From: an uncultured delta proteobacterium
GTDB lineage: Bacteria; Desulfobacterota; Binatia; Binatales; Binataceae
Reading direction: 5' to 3'
Length of the DNA stretch: 64,000 bases
Assembly: GCA_963794325.1 (NCBI GenBank)
Contig: CAWCDG010000002.1
Coordinates: forward strand, 384,001 to 448,000
In this document: piece by piece, positions 58,140 to 64,000 of the stretch
How positions within the stretch are numbered: the first letter of the stretch is position 1
Layout of the letters: the number at the start of each line of letters is the position of its first letter
The notes under the pieces: model-generated
Told to the model about the DNA's origin: nothing
Seen by the model: the letters and a program-made list of their open reading frames with translations, nothing else
Databases searched by the model: none
Position numbers and translations under genes: made by a program

Positions 58140-59051
58140 CTAGAAATAAAGCAACGCGATATCCGCCAGGATCCACAGCGCGACCGCGAGCATCAGCTGC
58201 CGATCGCGCATCAACGCGCGCGCCGGGTCGCCACCTTCGTCGCGCTCGTCGATCAGGTAGAGATAGCGCAGGATTCCGAACGCGACGAACGGCACCGTCA
58301 AATAGAGATAGTGGGTGCCGAGCTTCGATTCGACTTCCGCCGACGCAGTGTAAATCATGTAGCTGACGAGAGTCGCGCCGGTGACGATCGAGATCATCTG
58401 ATCGACCAGCCGGACGCTGTACTCCGAGAGCGCGCTGCGATGCGCGATAGCGTCGTCGCCGAGCACGATCAGCTCGTGACGCCGGCGCGCCAGCACCAGG
58501 AACAGCGCCAGCACGAACGTGATGAAAACCAGCCATGGCGATACTTCGACATGAATCGCGACGCCGCCCGCGAATGCGCGCAACACAAAGCCGATCGCAA
58601 CCGCGATCACGTCGATGATCACGTGGTGCTTGGCCCACAGCGAATAGAACAACTGAAGCGCGACGTACAGCAGCGCGATTCCGACGAACTCGCGGCCCAG
58701 CACGATGCTCAACACAATCGCAATCGCGCCCAGCGTCAGCGCGGCACGGGTGGCGGCGGAAACCGTTATGTCGCCACGCGCCAGCGGGCGGTTGCACTTT
58801 TCGGGATTCAGCCGATCGGCCTCGCGGTCAGCGATGTCATTCAGAATATAGCCGGCGCTCGAAAGCGCGCAGAACGCGACGAACGCGATGCCTGCAAGAA
58901 CCACGTCGTGGAGCACGAACAGCCGCTGGCCGAACAGCAACGCCGCCAGCACCAACGCGTTCTTGATCCATTGATGCGGCCGCGCGAGGCGAAATATCGC
59001 GCTTATCCCGCCGGTCTGCGAACTATCGTCCAGCTTGGTCGCCGCATTCAT
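58140..59051 (-). CDS. UbiA-family decaprenyl-phosphate phosphoribosyltransferase-like protein
   Basis: RPHQWIKN, YILNDIADREADR..P.K..RPLA.G, GFVLRA, RR.EL, RYLYL. Confidence 0.88.
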   Translation of the reverse strand: MNAATKLDDSSQTGGISAIFRLARPHQWIKNALVLAALLFGQRLFVLHDVVLAGIAFVAFCALSSAGYILNDIADREADRLNPEKCNRPLARGDITVSAATRAALTLGAIAIVLSIVLGREFVGIALLYVALQLFYSLWAKHHVIIDVIAVAIGFVLRAFAGGVAIHVEVSPWLVFITFVLALFLVLARRRHELIVLGDDAIAHRSALSEYSVRLVDQMISIVTGATLVSYMIYTASAEVESKLGTHYLYLTVPFVAFGILRYLYLIDERDEGGDPARALMRDRQLMLAVALWILADIALLYF

Positions 59052-59115
59052 TGCATTTCGTTGTATAGGTCCGCGCTTCGCTGCCGCAAGATGGCGGTGG
59101 TGTCTTGTTTTTTAT

Positions 59116-59140
59116 AGTGGGGCGGGCCGCCGTGCCCGCC
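59116..59140 (+). repeat. REP-like 25-mer, copy 2
   Basis: Identical to 58101-58125. Confidence 0.8.
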
Positions 59141-59351
59141 ATCGACGCGCGGGCGTCCGCGCCCACGCTTACCAATGAACGACTCCTCTCACTTCTACCG
59201 CAGACGCCTGCCGCACTGCAGAGTATCGCTGGACGCGGCCGCAACTTGGAGGAGAGATGACGGGCACATAGGCCGCCCCGCTGAAACCCGGACACTACCA
59301 GATGACTTTGGCACTTGACCGCGGGCCGCGGATGCGAAAACAGTACGCTCG

Positions 59352-60413
59352 ATGAGTACTTCGACCCAGGAAAAAACCGGTCCGTCGGCCACCGTCGATC
59401 TAGCCGGCCTCAAACGATTCCTCGATCAGCGCAAGCTCGGCGACACGGCCGCTCTTCGATCTGAAAACATTTCGTTTGGCCATTCCAACGAGGTTCACCT
59501 GATTCACTTCGACGGCCATTCGTGGGCCCTTAGACGCCCGCCGCGCGGACCGTTGCTCCCGACCGCGCACGACATGATGCGTGAATATCGCGTCATCAAA
59601 GCCCTGCAGGACACCGCTGTCCCCGTGCCGCGCGTGTACGCCGTGTGCGACGATTCGTCATACATCGGCGCGCCGTTCTACCTGATGGAGTATATGCGCG
59701 GCGACGTCGTGCGCGCCGACAACAAGCACTTCGCGCAGACTCCTGACCTGCGCCGCCAAGTCAGCGAGCAGATGGTCGATGTGCTCGTCGCGCTGCAGGA
59801 GGTCGATTGGCGCGCGGCCGGCCTCGAAGGGTTCGGGCGGCCGGACGGTTACCTCGAGCGCCAGCTCAAGCGATGGACCGATCAGCTCGAACGTACGATT
59901 CCGCATACGCGGCCGCTGCCGGTGATGGAAAAAGTTAAAGAGTGGCTGCGCGCGCGAATCCCCCAGTCGCCTGCGCCGACCATCGTCCACGGCGATTACA
60001 AGCTCGACAACGTGATGTTCGATCCGAAAACCTCGCGCGCGATCGCCGTGCTCGATTGGGAAATGTCGACGATTGGCGATCCACTCGCGGATTTCGGCTG
60101 GATGCTGACCTACTGGCCCGACCCGACCGACCTCGCATCAGGCGGCGTGATCGCCAGCATGCAGGCCGCCGAAGGATGGCTGACGCGTCGCGAGATGATC
60201 GATCGATACGAGAGCGTCACCGGACGTGCGATGCGCGACTTCCCGTTCTACCAGGCGTTTGCGCTGTTCAAGCTCGCCATCATCATGGAGGGCAGCTACG
60301 CCCGCTTCGTCCTCGGCCAGACCGACGATCCGCTGTTCGCACTGAGCAAGGAACGAGTCCCAGCGCTCGCCGACGCAGCGTGGTCGGTGTGCAACTCGAC
60401 GTCGGGTCACTAG
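59352..60413 (+). CDS. Phosphotransferase family protein (APH/ACAD10-11 N-terminal-like)
   Basis: LRRPP.G.LLPTAHDM.REY, VHGDYKLDN, VLDWEMST.GDPLAD. Confidence 0.9.
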   Translation: MSTSTQEKTGPSATVDLAGLKRFLDQRKLGDTAALRSENISFGHSNEVHLIHFDGHSWALRRPPRGPLLPTAHDMMREYRVIKALQDTAVPVPRVYAVCDDSSYIGAPFYLMEYMRGDVVRADNKHFAQTPDLRRQVSEQMVDVLVALQEVDWRAAGLEGFGRPDGYLERQLKRWTDQLERTIPHTRPLPVMEKVKEWLRARIPQSPAPTIVHGDYKLDNVMFDPKTSRAIAVLDWEMSTIGDPLADFGWMLTYWPDPTDLASGGVIASMQAAEGWLTRREMIDRYESVTGRAMRDFPFYQAFALFKLAIIMEGSYARFVLGQTDDPLFALSKERVPALADAAWSVCNSTSGH

Positions 60414-61261
60414 CGAGCGGCGGCGCGAAAGATCGATCGCAACCATCCGCGCGCTTCCGGATACTGCTCGACGTCGAGCACGAACTCCTGCCCGATGCCG
60501 ACCGTCTGCAGGCGCGTCGAGCTTCCGCAGTCAGTCCAGCGGCTCGGATCGCCATGATAGGTGAGGGCAGGGCGCCCGCCAGGTGCAAACCATGGCGGCA
60601 GCTCCCACACCGAACGACTCGATTGGCTGCGTGTGAGTATCAGCTCAGGTCTGATCCGATCGAAAGTTCCAGCACCGCTCGTTTTGAGGCCAATCGACGA
60701 AAGGCGGTCGCTCGCGAAGTAAAGAGTGTTGTTTTCGTATTCGACTAGACGCCTCGCGAAATGAGGATGTCCGGCCGCCCAGGGCTTTTCGGCGGCGATG
60801 TCTCTGGTAGCTGCGGCGACGTCCCCGACCTGCAGCCATCCAAAGATGACGTGAAGTTTCGGCGCGTCGCGGACGAAGCGGAACGCACCTCCGACTTTCT
60901 CGGCGCGGCGAAAATATCCGAAAAAAATAAACAGATCGCCTGGGCCGACGTCGTGGCGCGCGAGATGGCTCTGCGCGGCGCCGGCCTGTCCAAAGATTGG
61001 ACGCCATCCCGCGGCGCGCGCAATCGACTGGCGGCGCAAATCCGGATCGAGATGCGCACCGTCGCGACGGCGGACTCGTCTATGGGTCAGGTCTTCAACA
61101 ATTTGCGCGATCGATGACCCGTTGAACGATGAAAGTTTCGCGTATGACGCCGGCGCGTCGGCATCGGGAATCGGAAGCGAGCAAAGTCGCCCGTCGATAA
61201 TTGGACTCGGACACCCGCCATTGGCCGAATCAAATCCCTTGCGACTGAGTATCAGCTTCAT
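60410..61261 (-). CDS. Nmad3-like (nucleotide-modification-associated domain 3) protein
   Basis: ILSRKGFDS..GG.PSPI, SLPIP, HLDPDL, FGQ.GAAQSHL, GDLF.FFG.F, H.IFGWLQVG, GQEFV. Confidence 0.7.
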   Translation of the reverse strand: MKLILSRKGFDSANGGCPSPIIDGRLCSLPIPDADAPASYAKLSSFNGSSIAQIVEDLTHRRVRRRDGAHLDPDLRRQSIARAAGWRPIFGQAGAAQSHLARHDVGPGDLFIFFGYFRRAEKVGGAFRFVRDAPKLHVIFGWLQVGDVAAATRDIAAEKPWAAGHPHFARRLVEYENNTLYFASDRLSSIGLKTSGAGTFDRIRPELILTRSQSSRSVWELPPWFAPGGRPALTYHGDPSRWTDCGSSTRLQTVGIGQEFVLDVEQYPEARGWLRSIFRAAAR

Positions 61262-61288
61262 CGCACAAATCCGTTTCTCACTTCTTGC

Positions 61289-61396
61289 GTCATTCTGAGC
61301 GGAAGCTGCTGTAGCGAAGAATCTCGACGGACGCCTTGCGTGCGGCGTCCGTCAGTATGCGCTGCGGGCGAGATCCTTCGCTACGCTCAGGATGAC
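61289..61396. repeat. Long palindromic intergenic repeat (GTCATTCTGAGC..GCGAAGAATCTC / GAGATCCTTCGCT..GCTCAGGATGAC)
   Basis: Imperfect terminal inverted repeats with an internal hairpin; related half copy at 12451. Confidence 0.75.
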
Positions 61397-61449
61397 GGAT
61401 CTGGCTCATGCTATATTTCTCCCCGAACTCTCCACAAGGAAAATTTTCA

Positions 61450-62106
61450 ATGCCGGATTCTGATCTGCTGGCCGAACTGGCGCGCTTTATCGAACGCATC
61501 ACCGCGATCGCCCGGACTGGTCTCGCCTTCAAGCCCGACGGCTTCGACTCCGAGCGCTACGAAGAATTGCTCAAGGAGGCTGCCAGGATGCATTCGATCG
61601 TCGCCGGTGCGAGCGACGACGACGCGGAACAATTGCGCCGCCAATGGCGTGAGCAGGTGATCGCGGGCTATGACGGCTACGTCACTGCGGCAGTTGGTGT
61701 CGGTATCATCGCGTTCAACCATCGGAACGAGCTGCTGATGATTCAGCGGCCGACCGGCAAGTGGTGGTATCCCACCGGATTCTGTGACGTCGGAGTATCG
61801 CCCGCCGAGAATGTCGCCAAGGAAGCGCGCGAGGAGACCGGGCTTATCGTTATACCCGAACGTCTGATCGGCGTGATCGACAACAAAAAATATGGCTCAC
61901 CGGCCCGCCATATCTACTCGATGCTTTTCTATTGCCGAATCGTCGGCGGAGAACTGACGCCGAATCCGCTCGAAGCGATTGCCGCCAGGTTCTTTCCGCT
62001 CGATCGGCTGCCGGAGCCGATGCATGCGCTCGATCGCAAGTGGATCGGACTCGCGCGCGAGTTCCACTTCGACGGCCGCATCGCGCCGTATTTCGATCCG
62101 CTGTGA
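61450..62106 (+). CDS. Nudix hydrolase with N-terminal helical domain
   Basis: AIARTGLAF...FD.ERY, GYVT, Nudix box GFCDVGVSPAENVAKEAREETG. Confidence 0.88.
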   Translation: MPDSDLLAELARFIERITAIARTGLAFKPDGFDSERYEELLKEAARMHSIVAGASDDDAEQLRRQWREQVIAGYDGYVTAAVGVGIIAFNHRNELLMIQRPTGKWWYPTGFCDVGVSPAENVAKEAREETGLIVIPERLIGVIDNKKYGSPARHIYSMLFYCRIVGGELTPNPLEAIAARFFPLDRLPEPMHALDRKWIGLAREFHFDGRIAPYFDPL

Positions 62107-62110
62107 GGTT

Positions 62111-62626
62111 CTAGCGAGTAGTCGCTTCGGCCGGGGTGGATTGAGCCTGGGTGGGCGGGGTTCCGCTGGTGCTCGCGCCGATCGAGATGATCATCATCCC
62201 CTGCTCATAGCGCGGACCCCCGACGATCAACGTGCCGTTGTTCTTGAGCTTGAGGTCGGTGGTCATCATCGGGCGCGTCCCGTCGAACAGCACGATCTCC
62301 ATCGCGATCATGTCGGCATCGATCGCGCGGGGTTGCACATGGAGAATCTTGCCGCCCGGCAGCGTGAACGCGATCATCTTGCCGCAATCGGTCTCCCCTT
62401 CGTTGTGACCGATCAGGCTGTAGGTCGTAAATCCGAAAAGCCCGCGCAGCTTCTTGTCCATTCCACCGAGCCGCGGGTCCGTACCTTCGTTGGTATCCGC
62501 CGCCATTACCGAGTCGATGTAAACATAGACCTGCTTTGGCGGCGGCTGCGCATATGGCAGACCCTGCGTTCCAAAGGTCGTGATCGCAATGATGAGAAAG
62601 GTGAGCCTACCGGGACGCAGCGTCAT
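62111..62626 (-). CDS. Exported hypothetical protein in the sigma/anti-sigma operon
   Basis: Signal-like N-terminus; abuts the anti-sigma gene. Confidence 0.6.
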   Translation of the reverse strand: MTLRPGRLTFLIIAITTFGTQGLPYAQPPPKQVYVYIDSVMAADTNEGTDPRLGGMDKKLRGLFGFTTYSLIGHNEGETDCGKMIAFTLPGGKILHVQPRAIDADMIAMEIVLFDGTRPMMTTDLKLKNNGTLIVGGPRYEQGMMIISIGASTSGTPPTQAQSTPAEATTR

Positions 62627-62632
62627 AGCGGC

Positions 62633-63217
62633 CTACGGCTGATCCGGCAGCCAGATGACCGTCGTATCTCTTCGAGGCTCGCTCCAGACTGCGACCGAAT
62701 GGTTGGCTGACTCGAGTCGTGAGATGTCGGCGTGAGAATCGTTGTCCTCCATCGTGGGCTCGTTGGCTGCCGCGGTCGCAACTTGATTGGCCGGCGGGGC
62801 GGAAGCGTTCTGATCTGAACTGGCGACTACCGTCGGCTGCGTCCCTCGATTGGCGAATTGGCGCGCATACGGCGTCATCAGAACTATCGTCATGATCGCT
62901 GCCGCTGCTACCGCACCGCCCCACGCGACGCCCGATCCGACCGAGTCCAACTGGCGCCGAATGAAACGTTCGATTCTCGTGAGCACTGGCTGCGGCAGAC
63001 GATCGAGTCGCGCGATTACCGCGCTCGAGAATCCAGCCAGCGAAGGCGCGGCTGTGATCGATCTGAGGTTTCGTCCGAGAGTCGAATAGTCTCCGAGAAC
63101 GGCCGTGCATGATTCGCATCGCGCCAGATGAAACGCGACTTCCTGCATCTCGTTCGGTTCGAGTTCAGAGTCCTCGAACGCGCCGAGCATCATGCTTATT
63201 TCACTACATTCAGCCAT
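62633..63217 (-). CDS. Zinc-finger (ZAS) anti-sigma factor
   Basis: HLARCESC motif, TM helix, downstream of the ECF sigma. Confidence 0.88.
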   Translation of the reverse strand: MAECSEISMMLGAFEDSELEPNEMQEVAFHLARCESCTAVLGDYSTLGRNLRSITAAPSLAGFSSAVIARLDRLPQPVLTRIERFIRRQLDSVGSGVAWGGAVAAAAIMTIVLMTPYARQFANRGTQPTVVASSDQNASAPPANQVATAAANEPTMEDNDSHADISRLESANHSVAVWSEPRRDTTVIWLPDQP

Positions 63218-63226
63218 AGATGTCGC

Positions 63227-63805
63227 TCAGTTCCCGCCCACGTCCTTCAAGATGTTACGCAGGTGCGTGCGTGCATAATGCAACCTGCTCATGACCGTTC
63301 CTCTTGGGCACTGCAAAACGTCGCTAATTTCGTCGTACGACATTCCTTCGACTTCGCGTAGAAGTATCACTGCGCGATGTTCTGGCGTCAACTCCTCCAG
63401 CGCTTGCTTTAGCCGCGCCGAGAGTTCACTACGACTGACTTCCTTGAACGAGTCTCCTGCGGTCGTCGGCAGCTTGCTGATCTCGTTTTCGGCATCTTCT
63501 CCGTGAAGAACAACGTGGCGTCCCTCGCGCCGCCAGAAATCGATCGCGAGGTTGGCCGCGATTCGATAAAGCCAGGTTGAGAAGCTCGAGCGGGATTCGA
63601 ACTTCGACAGGTTTTCGTAGGCGCGGACAAAAGTTTCTTGCGCCAGTTCAATCGCATCATCCTGATTGTGCACCACTGCCAGCGCGACGCCGACCACCCG
63701 GCGCTGGTATCGTTCCACCAAAACGCCGAACGCTTCCGAATCGCCCTTGCGCGAGCGTTCGATAAGTTCGGCTTCATCACCGTCGTGGCGGCCTGGTGTT
63801 CTCAA
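63227..63805 (-). CDS. ECF RNA polymerase sigma factor (RpoE-like)
   Basis: AFGVLVERYQ, QETFVRAY, FSTWLYRIA.N, EGMSYDEIS, GTVMSRLHYAR. Confidence 0.93.
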   Translation of the reverse strand: MRTPGRHDGDEAELIERSRKGDSEAFGVLVERYQRRVVGVALAVVHNQDDAIELAQETFVRAYENLSKFESRSSFSTWLYRIAANLAIDFWRREGRHVVLHGEDAENEISKLPTTAGDSFKEVSRSELSARLKQALEELTPEHRAVILLREVEGMSYDEISDVLQCPRGTVMSRLHYARTHLRNILKDVGGN

Positions 63806-63848
63806 CTTGAGTAGACGCAGTTGCGGGCGACTAAATTCAGCGAAGTGT

Positions 63849-64000
63849 TCATCCGGCCGCGCCGCCCATCTCGGCCCAGTTCGGACCGGATTTCAGCTCT
63901 ACTTTCAGTGGGATTTTGAGTTCGGCGACCCCCTCCATTTCGCGTTTTGCCAGTTTTGCCGCTTCTTGCCATTCGTTTTCGGGTGCTTCGAGCAGTAGTT
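63849..64000 (-). CDS. polA: DNA polymerase I, C-terminal end (partial)
   Basis: Minus-strand translation LLLEAPENEWQEAAKLAKREMEGVAELKIPLKVELKSGPNWAEMGGAAG*. Confidence 0.85.
   Translation of the reverse strand, partial: LLLEAPENEWQEAAKLAKREMEGVAELKIPLKVELKSGPNWAEMGGAAG

Noticed and set aside
1-64000. tRNA or rRNA genes
   Set aside because: None recognised by eye; tRNAscan-SE or Infernal would be needed to exclude them.

Overview
GC-rich bacterial chromosomal window. Gene content suggests a soil Deltaproteobacteria-like lineage, possibly Candidatus Binatota; this is an inference and was not tested. Bases 1-19.7 kb hold accessory and metabolic genes: a G8/TMEM2-like giant protein, GST, PaaI thioesterase, MocR regulator, hybrid kinase, two acyl-CoA dehydrogenases, an SBBP surface protein and an ABC ATPase. 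Bases 36.5-64 kb are housekeeping: murF, recD2, argS-SPOR, trpL attenuator plus trpEGDCFBA-accD-folC-lptD, a UbiA-type transferase, an ECF sigma/anti-sigma pair and the polA end. Between them (19854-36512) is the main candidate system, a compact single-strand operon of Mu-like head genes and a P2/Mu-like contractile tail. It keeps subtle functional signals (nested scaffold start, -1 tail-chaperone frameshift) but has no terminase, portal, integrase/transposase, repressor, replication or lysis gene. An RRM RNA-binding protein and a very short basic ORF sit where the tape-measure gene should be, and the operon ends in a tailspike-like protein with an apparent Sec signal peptide. It looks more like a domesticated phage-derived particle (GTA-like or injection-like) than a prophage. 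Several single-base-insertion frameshifts, one in essential murF, suggest indel sequencing errors. All product calls come from motif recognition; no database searches were run.
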